Assembly (NCBI GenBank): GCA_964386015.1
Contig: CAYLSN010000001.1
Location: 627-64,626 of the forward strand
DNA: 64,000 bases
Direction of reading: 5' to 3'
From: an uncultured Rhizobiaceae bacterium
GTDB taxonomy: Bacteria > Pseudomonadota > Alphaproteobacteria > Rhizobiales > Rhizobiaceae
Below, one piece after another: positions 37,226 to 46,186 of this stretch. The position numbers were made by a program, and so were the translations under genes. Position 1 is the first letter of the stretch. Every line of letters begins with the position of its first letter. The notes under the pieces are model-generated. The model was not told the DNA's origin and made no database searches. It was given only the letters and a program-made list of their open reading frames with translations.

Positions 37226-37323
37226 GTCTTCCTCCGGAGAATTCTGCCAGGCGGCAGCATGCAGACATGTTTGTACATATTCGAGCGGTTTCTCCCGATC
37301 AACCCGGCGTCGGGCGGAATGCC

Positions 37324-38733
37324 CTATTGCGGATCCGGCGCGATTTCGGCGGCGTCCGCCAGCTGCGCCAGGGTCACCGGCCGCAAGGGCGGGCGAACCC
37401 GGTAGTGCCCGGCCTCCTGCATGGCAATCCCTCTTGTCCGCGCCACCAGGGCAGCAATGGTCGGGCCGCACATGCGGCCCTGACACGGCCCCATGCCGGC
37501 ACGAAGAAATGCCTTGACCTGGTTCGGCCCCGGGCAGCCTTCGGCCACGGCCTGCCGAACCTCGGCGGCCGTCACTTCCTCGCAGCGGCAGACCACGACC
37601 GGACCGGCCGGCACCAGAATCTCCTCGCGCGGACGGTACAGGAGATCCAGGAAAGGCCGGACAGCAAGGTGGGCGCGGCGCGCCCGATCCTCCATCCGGA
37701 ACTCCCGGTCACGGGCGGCGTCGTCGATCCTCCCCAGCTCATGCAGGATGGCGAGCGCCGCGATCCGTCCTGCATGCTCCGCAGCCCGGGCTCCCTCGAT
37801 TCCTGCGGCATCGCCGGCAATGAAGACGCCGGCAACGCTCGAGCGGCCCCAGCCATCCACGCGCGGCCGGAAGGCAAGCTGGATTTCGTCCCAGACATAG
37901 TCGCACCCCAGGGACCTGCCGGCATGCTGGTGCGGAATCACGCCCTCGTGCAGCCCGAGAACGGCGCAGCCGATCGAATGCCGCCGCCCATCCGAAGAGA
38001 AGGCGACGCCACGCAACTGGCCCTCGCCGAGCGCACTGATGCCGGTCACGGCCCGGAACCACCGGACGCGCCGGCGGCGGATGGCTGCCAGCAGCCCCAT
38101 CCCCTTGGCCAGGTAGCGCCACCCCTCGCCGCGCAACGCACCCGGCAGATGTCGCAGGGCCGCGGGTGCAATCCCGCGCGGCGACGTATCGAGCAGGACG
38201 AGATCCGAAATGCCGGCATCGAGGCACTGCCTGGCGAACAGATAGAAAAGCGGGCCGCTTCCCGCCAGCGCCAGGGGACCTGCGCATGCCATTCCCCCCG
38301 ACTTGAGCAGGATCTGCAGAGCGCCGATGCCCATGACGCCGGGAAGCGTCCATCCCTGGACCGGTACCGGCCGTTCCATTGCACCCGTCGCAATCACCAG
38401 ACGGCGCGACTTGTGTCGCGCAATGCCGTCTTCGTTTCGGGTCCAGATCGTCCCGTCGCGATCGATCTGCCAGACATCATGGCCGAGGAACAATCGGGCG
38501 CCGCTCGCCCGCAGGGCCGCGACAAGCCTTGCGCCATGGAGATAGTCGTCGCCGAGAACGGACCGCATCGCAGGACGATCGAGATTGCGCTCCACTCCCC
38601 GGTAGATCTGGCCTCCGGGCTCGTACTGCAGGTCGAACAGCGCGACGCTCGCGCCGCCGGCCGCCAGCCGGATTGCCGCCGACATTCCTGCCGGGCCTGC
38701 CCCGATCACCGCCGCATCCCAGCATTTCGTCAT
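37324..38733 (-). CDS. FAD/NAD(P)-binding oxidoreductase, large (alpha) subunit of an opine-oxidase/D-hydroxyproline-dehydrogenase-like complex
   Basis: Starts at MTKCWDAAVIGAGPAGMSAA (ATG 38733, ATGA overlap). The C-terminal BFD-like [2Fe-2S] motif is CRCEEV...GPCQGRMCG. Confidence 0.8.
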   Translation of the reverse strand: MTKCWDAAVIGAGPAGMSAAIRLAAGGASVALFDLQYEPGGQIYRGVERNLDRPAMRSVLGDDYLHGARLVAALRASGARLFLGHDVWQIDRDGTIWTRNEDGIARHKSRRLVIATGAMERPVPVQGWTLPGVMGIGALQILLKSGGMACAGPLALAGSGPLFYLFARQCLDAGISDLVLLDTSPRGIAPAALRHLPGALRGEGWRYLAKGMGLLAAIRRRRVRWFRAVTGISALGEGQLRGVAFSSDGRRHSIGCAVLGLHEGVIPHQHAGRSLGCDYVWDEIQLAFRPRVDGWGRSSVAGVFIAGDAAGIEGARAAEHAGRIAALAILHELGRIDDAARDREFRMEDRARRAHLAVRPFLDLLYRPREEILVPAGPVVVCRCEEVTAAEVRQAVAEGCPGPNQVKAFLRAGMGPCQGRMCGPTIAALVARTRGIAMQEAGHYRVRPPLRPVTLAQLADAAEIAPDPQ

Positions 38734-39023
38734 GGCAGTTCCCTTGGCCCGGACTGGCTCCGCACGACCATCCCGTCCGTCGCCCGAACCAGGCAGGCCT
38801 GCCGGTTGCCGACGCCGTCGATCTCGACGAGGCATTCGAAACAGACGCCCATCATGCAGTAGGGCGCGCGCGGCTGGCCGGATCCCGGCGTCTGGCGGAA
38901 AGTCCGTATGCCCGATGCCAGCAATGCCTCGGCTACGCTCTCGCCCGCACGGAACGCAATGCGCTCTCCTTCGAAGAGGAAGGTCGCGGATTCGCTTCCC
39001 GGCTCGTCAATGCGTCGGAACAT
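38730..39023 (-). CDS. Small (2Fe-2S)-binding subunit (gamma; HcnA/OoxA-N-like)
   Basis: About 97 aa with FEGERIAFRAGESVAEALLASG and Cys cluster YCMMGVCFECLVEIDG. Overlaps the upstream gene by 17 nt. Confidence 0.75.
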   Translation of the reverse strand: MFRRIDEPGSESATFLFEGERIAFRAGESVAEALLASGIRTFRQTPGSGQPRAPYCMMGVCFECLVEIDGVGNRQACLVRATDGMVVRSQSGPRELP

Positions 39024-40149
39024 GGAACCTCGCACTGGAAAAGGCTCGTGTGGACGCCGGCAGCATTCCCTGCGTCAGGGCCGGACCCAGTTCCAGCGCA
39101 TGGACGCTGGCCAGCGTGACGCCGCTGTGGCAGGTAACCGCGAACGCGCCGGGACATTGCTCCGACTCCTGGTAAATCGGCAGGTGGTCCGGCGACAGGA
39201 TGCGCAGCGACGCCCAGTAGCGCACGACGTTCACCTGTCCGAGCATCGGAAAGACGCGCAGGGCATTGCGGACCAGCCTGCCCGCGCTCCGGACTTCCGT
39301 GTCGTCGTCGAAGCCGCCCTGTTCATGGGTCGAGCCGATCAGGATCGTGCCCTCCGCGGTCTGCTGCAGGCAATTCGAGACATAGGGAAAGAACGGCTTC
39401 AGCCTCTCCGTCACCACGATCTGGCCCCGCTCCGGCGCAAGCGGCAGAGGCAGCCCGACCTGCGGCCCCAGGGCGACATTTCCGAGCCCGGCGGCGAGCA
39501 CGATCCTGCGCGCATGCAGCTTTCCCGACCTCGTCTCGATCCGGAACGCGTTTCCATCCACGGCAAGGCGTTCCACCCTGGCGTCCGGCCTGTAGCGACC
39601 GCCACCCGCCTGCAGGGCCCGGTGGAGGGCACGCAACAGCCTGAGCGGATTCACATGGCCGTCGTCCGGGCAGAAGGACGCCCCGGCGACTTCCTCGCCG
39701 ATCCGCGGCAGGATCCCGCGCAATTGCTGGCGCTCGAGAATCTCGATGGAGATCCTCGCGCCATCGGCAGCACTGCGCTCGCGAACTCTCCGGCGCTGCT
39801 CGAGCTCATCCTCGCTCATGCAGAAATGAAACCCGCCACAGCGCCGCCAGCCGGTCTCCAATCCCGAGGCCGATTCGAGCAGCCCGGCAAATTCGGGCCA
39901 GAGCGCGCCCGCCCGTAACGACCAGTGCATGTAGGGCGGCATGCCGACCCCTTTGCCCTGCAGCCAGACCAGCCCGAAATTGCCGCGAGCCGCTCGCCAG
40001 GCCACGTCACCCTCGTCCAGAAGGACCACATCGGCGCCGGTCCGGCTCGCGCCCCAGGCAATGGCAGAGCCGATGATGCCCCCTCCGATCACGGCAAGAT
40101 CATGTGCGGTTGTTGTCACTGCGGAGCTCGTCCCTGACCGGCGGCACAA
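39007..40149 (-). CDS. FAD-dependent oxidoreductase (DAO family; beta subunit, OoxB/LhpB/HcnC-like)
   Basis: The dinucleotide fold DLAVIGGGIIGSAIAW is followed by a DAO-family body. The start is either 40149 or GTG 40119. Confidence 0.8.
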   Translation of the reverse strand: MCRRSGTSSAVTTTAHDLAVIGGGIIGSAIAWGASRTGADVVLLDEGDVAWRAARGNFGLVWLQGKGVGMPPYMHWSLRAGALWPEFAGLLESASGLETGWRRCGGFHFCMSEDELEQRRRVRERSAADGARISIEILERQQLRGILPRIGEEVAGASFCPDDGHVNPLRLLRALHRALQAGGGRYRPDARVERLAVDGNAFRIETRSGKLHARRIVLAAGLGNVALGPQVGLPLPLAPERGQIVVTERLKPFFPYVSNCLQQTAEGTILIGSTHEQGGFDDDTEVRSAGRLVRNALRVFPMLGQVNVVRYWASLRILSPDHLPIYQESEQCPGAFAVTCHSGVTLASVHALELGPALTQGMLPASTRAFSSARFHVPTH

Positions 40150-40308
40150 TGCCCGGCGGTAATGTGTATCATAATGGTAGCGTTACGATATTGGTTTATG
40201 CTTGTCCATTCCTCCCGCGGACTCCGGGAAAGCATGCGGATAGCCCGCTGACTTGACTTGTTGCAGGGGGTACCGTAGCAGGGAAAGCATTATTGGATTC
40301 GGGGATTC

Positions 40309-40320
40309 AATGATATCATT
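40309..40320. promoter_or_regulatory. Perfect 12-bp palindrome AATGATATCATT (candidate operator)
   Basis: Lies in the AT-richer 222-bp divergent region, about 52 nt upstream of the TPP-enzyme ATG (40372). Confidence 0.35.
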
Positions 40321-40371
40321 TGTCAATTCCATGCAGTCCCCACTCCCGATCCACTTTGAACGGATAGAGCA

Positions 40372-42078
40372 ATGACGTTGCGACGCGGAAGCGAAATCCT
40401 TGCCGATGCCCTCAAGCTGAACGGTGCAGACATCGTGTTCCACGTGCCGGGAGAAAGCTTCCTGTCGGCGCTCGATGCGCTTTCCCGCCGGCACCCCGAC
40501 ATCAGACAGATCACCTGCCGCTATGAAGGCGGTGTGGCGATCATGGCCGAAGCCTATGGCAAGCTCACCGGCCGTCCGGGCATTGCCTTCGTCACCCGGA
40601 GCCCGGGCGCGACCAATGCCGCCGGCGGGGTTCATACCGCCTACCAGGATTCCTCGCCGATGATCCTGATCATCGGGCAGGTGAAGCGCGCCATCCTGGA
40701 GCGCGAGGCCTTCATGTCCTACGATTTCCGCCAGATCTTCGGGCCCATGGCCAAGTGGGTGGCGCAGATCGACGATGCCCGGCGCATACCCGAATTCATC
40801 CAGCGCGCCTACCACGTGGCGACCTCGGGGCGGATGGGGCCCGTGGTACTCGTCGTCCCGGAGGATGTGCTCGAAGAGGAAGTCGTCACCGCCGATGCGC
40901 GGCCTGCCAGCAAGGTCGTGACCGGCGGACCGGCAGCCGGGGATGTCGAGCGCGTGTTCGACATGATCGCGCAATCGGAGCGCCCATTGCTCATCGTCGG
41001 CGGATCGGGCTGGACGGAAAAGGCGCGCGATCACATTCAGGATTTCGCCGCGGCCAACCGCATTCCCGTGGTCACCACCTTCCGCCGCCGCGACATCATC
41101 GACCATCGGCATCCCTGCTATGCCGGCGAGATCGGCATCGGCTCCAATCCGGCGCTGCTGGCACACATCCGCGATTCCGATCTGGTCATCATGTGCAATG
41201 ACGCACTGAGCGACGTCAACACGATCGGCGCCGGCTACATGGAGGGATTCACGCTCTTCTCCATTCCCGTGCCGAAGCAGAAGTTCGTCCATGTCTTCAA
41301 CGAATATGCCGAGCTGAACCGCGTCTTCCAGGTCGATCTTGCGCTGCACGCCGACAATGAGCGTTTTGCCGAAGCGCTGGCGGCACATTCACCGGTCGAC
41401 GGAGCGGGTCGCGAGGAGTGGCTCCGCGCCTTGCGCGATACTTTCGAAAAGGAGGTCGAGCCCGGCCCCTGCCCTGGCGACATCGACCTGCCGGGCATCA
41501 TGAAATGGCTGCGGCGCCGGCTGCCGGAGGACGCCATCGTCACCAATGGCGTCGGCGCCTATGCGACCTGGAGTCAACGCTATTTCCCGCATTACCGCCT
41601 GGGGACCCAGCTCGGTCCCATCAGCGGTTCCATGGGATACGGACTGCCGGCGGCGATTTCCGCCAAGCTGTGCTATCCCGAGCGGCCAGTAATCGCATTC
41701 GCCGGAGACGGCTGCTACCAGATGAGCGGCGAGGAACTCGCCACGGCCGTCCAGTACGGTGCGGCGGTGATCATCATCCTCTACAACAACAACCTCTATG
41801 GCACGATCCGCATCCATGAGGAGAACAAGCTCGAGGGGCGGGTCAACGGCACCGAGCTCGTCAATCCGGATTTTTGCGCGCTTGCGCAGGCCTATGGGGC
41901 CCATGGCGAGAAGGTGAGAAGCACCGCCGAGTTCGAGCCTGCATTCGAGCGCGCCATGGCCAGCGGCAAGCCGGCTCTGATCGAGCTGTGCATCGACCGG
42001 GAGGCGATCCATACACGCTACTCGCTGTCCGACCTGCGCAAGCGGAGACAGGGCGCCGCACAGCGAGGGGCAGGCTGA
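40372..42078 (+). CDS. Thiamine-pyrophosphate-dependent enzyme, acetolactate-synthase-like
   Basis: 568 aa with the N-terminal TPP-Pyr domain (VFHVPGESFL, GPGATN-like SPGATNAAGG) and the C-terminal TPP-binding motif GDGCYQMSGEELAT...NN. Confidence 0.85.
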   Translation: MTLRRGSEILADALKLNGADIVFHVPGESFLSALDALSRRHPDIRQITCRYEGGVAIMAEAYGKLTGRPGIAFVTRSPGATNAAGGVHTAYQDSSPMILIIGQVKRAILEREAFMSYDFRQIFGPMAKWVAQIDDARRIPEFIQRAYHVATSGRMGPVVLVVPEDVLEEEVVTADARPASKVVTGGPAAGDVERVFDMIAQSERPLLIVGGSGWTEKARDHIQDFAAANRIPVVTTFRRRDIIDHRHPCYAGEIGIGSNPALLAHIRDSDLVIMCNDALSDVNTIGAGYMEGFTLFSIPVPKQKFVHVFNEYAELNRVFQVDLALHADNERFAEALAAHSPVDGAGREEWLRALRDTFEKEVEPGPCPGDIDLPGIMKWLRRRLPEDAIVTNGVGAYATWSQRYFPHYRLGTQLGPISGSMGYGLPAAISAKLCYPERPVIAFAGDGCYQMSGEELATAVQYGAAVIIILYNNNLYGTIRIHEENKLEGRVNGTELVNPDFCALAQAYGAHGEKVRSTAEFEPAFERAMASGKPALIELCIDREAIHTRYSLSDLRKRRQGAAQRGAG

Positions 42079-42106
42079 CGACGCAGCGCTTGCCGCCAAT
42101 GGCGGA

Positions 42107-43300
42107 TCACAGGCGCCTGGGCAGATAGAGGGAAAGCCAGGCCAGCGCCAGCGTGCCGGCGCCGGCGGCGTAGAGAACACTCTCGAGATCGAAGAAAAGA
42201 AGCAGGATCGCGTAGACGAGCTGCGGCACGGCCTGCCCGATGTCGCGATAGGTCGAGAAGACGGAAGTCATTTCCGCTCGCCGCAACGGACGCACGGCAC
42301 GCAGGAAGTAGGTGTTGCCCGGTCCGTCGAGAATTCCGAGTCCGAGCGCGGCCAGCACGAACAGGGCAAGGGCGAGGGCGGGCTGGGCCTGGGTGACAGC
42401 TGCCCCGATCGTGGCCAATCCGCACACGGCGTTGCCCGCACAGACGATCGTGCGCGTGCCGACTCGCCGCGCCACCCTGCCCCATAGCGGAGTCGTCAGC
42501 AGCCACAGCATGGTCAGGGAGACCACCGTGGCAGCGGCCAGTTCGCTGAAACCGAGGCTGAGGGCAAAGATGGGCAGGTAGATGTAGAAGGTGGTCCACC
42601 ATCCGGTCCGGCCGATTGCCAGCAGATAGGCGAGCCGCATGCGCGGCTGGGCCATGAATTCCGCAATGTGCCGGAGCGGGTGCGCCGGCCTCCTGGAGAT
42701 TTTCGGCGCCTCGCCGAGATTCCTGCGCACGGCCAGGAAGTACGCGGCAAGCCCGACCACCACGGCGCCCGACAGCATGAAGGAAAGGGACGGAGCATAT
42801 GTCGTGGCGAGATAGACGCCCAGCCAGGGACCGACTACGGCGGAGATGCCGCCGAAGAACAGGCGCAGTGGCTCGAGGCGCAGGAACTCGTTCCGCTTCA
42901 GGGAATCCAGCGCGTACAACGCCACCGCGACCTCGATGATCACCGTTCCCATGCATTGCAGGCCAAGGCCGAGGGCAAAGGCAACCGGCGATCGGGAGGC
43001 GAGAAAGGGAAGGCAAAGGCCCAGACATGCCACGCCCAGCATGAACACGCTCCGGCGGCTGGAGCGCCGGACAAGCGCCGGAATCAGCAGGCTGGTGGCG
43101 ATCGCGGCGCAGCCGGCGAGAAAATAGATCGCCGAGACCTTGCCCGGCAGGCCGAAGATCTCGGCGGCCTTCAGCGGCAGCAGCGTGATCAGGAGCAGTC
43201 GCGAGAGCGCGCTGAAGCCGAAGATCAGCGCAAGCCGCCGGACCTGCCTCCCGGACTCCGCTCCGACAGGAAGAATCGCGGCAGGCAGGGGGCCGTTCAT
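42107..43300 (-). CDS. MFS transporter
   Basis: 397 aa with about 12 hydrophobic segments and a basic loop (LVRRSSRRS) after TM2. Confidence 0.8.
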   Translation of the reverse strand: MNGPLPAAILPVGAESGRQVRRLALIFGFSALSRLLLITLLPLKAAEIFGLPGKVSAIYFLAGCAAIATSLLIPALVRRSSRRSVFMLGVACLGLCLPFLASRSPVAFALGLGLQCMGTVIIEVAVALYALDSLKRNEFLRLEPLRLFFGGISAVVGPWLGVYLATTYAPSLSFMLSGAVVVGLAAYFLAVRRNLGEAPKISRRPAHPLRHIAEFMAQPRMRLAYLLAIGRTGWWTTFYIYLPIFALSLGFSELAAATVVSLTMLWLLTTPLWGRVARRVGTRTIVCAGNAVCGLATIGAAVTQAQPALALALFVLAALGLGILDGPGNTYFLRAVRPLRRAEMTSVFSTYRDIGQAVPQLVYAILLLFFDLESVLYAAGAGTLALAWLSLYLPRRL

Positions 43301-43367
43301 GGTCTGCCCCCGACTGTCAGCCGGCTCGCCCGGGCCGGCCAGATCCGCCCCGGCGCCAGCCCTTCCA

Positions 43368-44216
43368 TCAGTTGGCCCGGTTGCCCATGAACACGTTCAG
43401 GCCGACCAGGCGGTCGATGAGGTAGACCAGCAGGGCCGACATCAGCATGGACCAGGTTGCGACTGCCGCGATCACCGGGCGATACTCGAAAAGCAGGTAT
43501 TCGTAGATCTTGATCGGCAGCGGCGAGTAGCCGGGCGGCGACAGGAAGATCGAGATCGAGAAGTCGTTCCAGGAGGTGATGAAGGCAAAGAGGAAACCGG
43601 CCATCACGCCCGGCTTGATCAATGGCAGGGTGATGTGGCGGAAGGTGCGCATCGGCGTCGACCCGACGCTGCTTGCCGCGTCTTCCAGCGACGGATCGAG
43701 CCCGTCGACGACAGCGGTGATCGTGCGGATGGGGTATGGCATGGTGATGATGACATGGCCGATGAACAACCCGGCCAGATTGGAGGAGCCCAGCAGCATC
43801 ATGATGGTCTGGTAGAGCGCCAGCGCGAAGATGATGGACGGCACCAGCAGCGGACCCAGGAAGGCCAGGCCCAGGATTCGCGCAATATTGGGCCGTGTCT
43901 TGCGCAGCACCAGCACCACAGGGAGCGCAAAGATCGTGGCGACGAGAGCGGCGCCTCCCGCCAGACCGAAGCTGACGAGTGCACCGCTGATGAAGTCCCA
44001 TTCGCGCAGCGCGTCAATCATCCAGTGCAGGCTGAGATTGCGCGGCGGAAACGACATCTCGTCGCGATTGAGAGCGGCCCCTGCCACGACCACCAGCGGG
44101 CCGATGACGAAGAGAAAGCAGGCGAAGGCGGCGAGTTCCAGCAGGTTGGGCAGCCGCAGGCGCCTGGCGGGGCGGCGGACGGGAGCGAGCCGGGCGGAGT
44201 CGGCGGTCATGTTCAT
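43368..44216 (-). CDS. ABC transporter permease (PotC-like)
   Basis: Starts at MNMTADSARL (ATG 44216, 4 nt after the upstream stop). The EAA-loop-like stretch is LEDAASSVGSTPMRTFRHITLPL. Confidence 0.85.
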   Translation of the reverse strand: MNMTADSARLAPVRRPARRLRLPNLLELAAFACFLFVIGPLVVVAGAALNRDEMSFPPRNLSLHWMIDALREWDFISGALVSFGLAGGAALVATIFALPVVLVLRKTRPNIARILGLAFLGPLLVPSIIFALALYQTIMMLLGSSNLAGLFIGHVIITMPYPIRTITAVVDGLDPSLEDAASSVGSTPMRTFRHITLPLIKPGVMAGFLFAFITSWNDFSISIFLSPPGYSPLPIKIYEYLLFEYRPVIAAVATWSMLMSALLVYLIDRLVGLNVFMGNRAN

Positions 44217-44220
44217 GGCC

Positions 44221-45132
44221 TCACCTTGCCGTCCTGAACTTGCGGGAGACGACATACAGATAAATGACGGTGATGATCGTGCTGAGGAGGAAAAGGCAGA
44301 TGCCGATGGCCGCGGCGAAGGGGAAGTTGCCCATGACCGAAGCCTGCTGATAGGCAAGCATTCCCATCATGCGCACACGGCCGCCTCCCATCATCGCCGG
44401 AATTGCGAATGCGGCGGCATTGAGGGTGAAGACGATCAGCGTACCGGCAATCACGCCCGGGATGCTCAGCGGGAAAGTCACGGCCCAGAAGGTGCGGAAC
44501 CGGTTGGCACCGACGCTGTACGCCGCTTCCTTCAGGGCCGGCTCGATGGAGGAAAGCACGCCGATCAGGGGCAGCACGACATAGGGAACCGCGATCTGCA
44601 CCAGGCCGATCAGCACGCCAAGCTCCGTATACATGATGCGCAGCGGCCGGTCGACGATCCCCAGCGCCAGCAGGGTGGAATTCACCAGGCCGTTGGTCAT
44701 GAGCAGGACGTTCAGCCCGAACACCCGGATCACGATATTCACGGCCAGGGAGACGACCATCAGGCTGGTCAGCAGCCCTCGCCGCCCAGCCGGAAGGGAA
44801 GCTATGTAGTAAGCCAGTATGTATCCGATAATAAGTGCAAATATGGTAGAAAGTACCGCAAGTTTTACAGTGATCCATACACTGTTTATCAGATAGAAGG
44901 AGTCGCCAAGATACTCGGCATAATTTTCGAGCGTAAAGGTCAGTTGTGGCGCAGACCCGATTTCATGGGTCGACAGGCTGGTCAGGACCAACCAGACCAG
45001 CGGGCCGAAAAAGAAGATCAGCAGGAAGAGCAGCGGGACGGCCACCAGCAGCGCCGACAGCCCCCGAAGACGGGCGCGCCGTGGCGATTCCGTCAGGTCA
45101 ACTGCCTTCGACGATGACAGCAGAGCGGACAT
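44221..45132 (-). CDS. ABC transporter permease (PotB-like)
   Basis: 303 aa with the EAA loop LKEAAYSVGANRFRTFWAVTFPL. Contains the low-GC patch at 44801-44940. Confidence 0.85.
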   Translation of the reverse strand: MSALLSSSKAVDLTESPRRARLRGLSALLVAVPLLFLLIFFFGPLVWLVLTSLSTHEIGSAPQLTFTLENYAEYLGDSFYLINSVWITVKLAVLSTIFALIIGYILAYYIASLPAGRRGLLTSLMVVSLAVNIVIRVFGLNVLLMTNGLVNSTLLALGIVDRPLRIMYTELGVLIGLVQIAVPYVVLPLIGVLSSIEPALKEAAYSVGANRFRTFWAVTFPLSIPGVIAGTLIVFTLNAAAFAIPAMMGGGRVRMMGMLAYQQASVMGNFPFAAAIGICLFLLSTIITVIYLYVVSRKFRTAR

Positions 45133-46186
45133 TTAAGGCGACCTCGTCCCCTGGATTGAAGTTACCGCTGCTGGAAAGCGTATGGACGAAGATGATGTCG
45201 CCCTCGCTTTCGCCGTTCAGCGTGACGCCGTACCGGATGCTGGCCCCCTCGTAGATGACTTCGCAGACCCGGCCGCGCAGGGATGCATCGGCAGCCTCCG
45301 CCGGCGTGGTCGACACTGCGAGCCATTCCGGACGCACGACCAGGCTGACATCCTGGCCGACGCTGACCGGCGCCCCGCAATGCGCGGTGGCAATTCCGCC
45401 GGACAGGGTACGCACGGTCGCCGTCGAGCCGTCCTTGACCTCGATCACCTTGCCCGGCAGGAAGTTTGCATTGCCGAGGAAGCTGGCGACGAAACTGGTC
45501 GCCGGCTGCTGGTAGACGGTCCGCGGATCGGCCATTTGCTGAATCCGGCCGCCATGCATCACCACCACCTGGTCAGACATGGACAGGGCCTCTTCCTGGT
45601 CATGCGTCACGAAGAGCATGGTGACGCCCAGGGAACGCTGCAGCCGCTTCAGCTCGATGCGCATTTCCTCTCGCAGGCGGCGATCGAGATTGGAGAGAGG
45701 TTCATCGAGGATGATGACTTCCGGGTCGATGGCCAGCGCCCGAGCCATGGCCACGCGCTGCTGCTGCCCGCCACTCAGCTCGCGCGGGTAGCGTTCATGC
45801 AGTCCCTTCAGCCGCACCAGTTCCAGGGCGCGGTCGACGCGCTTGACGATCTCCTCCCTCGGCATGTTGCGGAGCCGCAGACCGAAAGCGAGATTCTCGA
45901 AAACGGTCATGTGCGGCCAGAGAGCGTAGTTCTGGAACACCACGCCGATATTGCGCAGATAGGGAGGCAGATCGGTCACCCGGCGGTTGCGGATGAACAC
46001 CTCCCCGTGATCGGGGGTGATGAACCCGCCGATCACGCGGAGCATGGTCGTCTTTCCGCAGCCGCTCGGGCCGAGAACCGTCACGAAGTCCCCGGCCGCG
46101 ACCTGCAGCGACACATGGTCGAGGACCGTGATGTCGCCATAGGCCTTGGAGCAGCCGGAGAGCTCTATGTCGAACGCTGTTGTCAT
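45098..46186 (-). CDS. ABC transporter ATP-binding protein (PotA-like)
   Basis: Starts at MTTAFDIELSG (ATGA overlap with the SBP stop). Walker A GPSGCGKTT, signature LSGGQQQRV and a C-terminal TOBE-like domain. Confidence 0.9.
   Translation of the reverse strand: MTTAFDIELSGCSKAYGDITVLDHVSLQVAAGDFVTVLGPSGCGKTTMLRVIGGFITPDHGEVFIRNRRVTDLPPYLRNIGVVFQNYALWPHMTVFENLAFGLRLRNMPREEIVKRVDRALELVRLKGLHERYPRELSGGQQQRVAMARALAIDPEVIILDEPLSNLDRRLREEMRIELKRLQRSLGVTMLFVTHDQEEALSMSDQVVVMHGGRIQQMADPRTVYQQPATSFVASFLGNANFLPGKVIEVKDGSTATVRTLSGGIATAHCGAPVSVGQDVSLVVRPEWLAVSTTPAEAADASLRGRVCEVIYEGASIRYGVTLNGESEGDIIFVHTLSSSGNFNPGDEVALNVRSAVIVEGS

Noticed and set aside
37324-40149. Possibility that the three-subunit flavoenzyme is hydrogen cyanide synthase (HcnABC)
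   Set aside because: The subunit types are similar, but the gene order here (DAO-type, small 2Fe-2S, large subunit) matches the opine oxidase / D-hydroxyproline dehydrogenase arrangement rather than hcnA-hcnB-hcnC. The context of transporters, a racemase-like protein and a TPP enzyme is catabolic. This cannot be excluded without phylogeny.
40183-41388. 401-aa minus-strand ORF in the divergent region and the 5' half of the TPP-enzyme gene
   Set aside because: It is antisense to a gene with clear TPP-enzyme motifs. It would have to start inside that gene and has no family resemblance.
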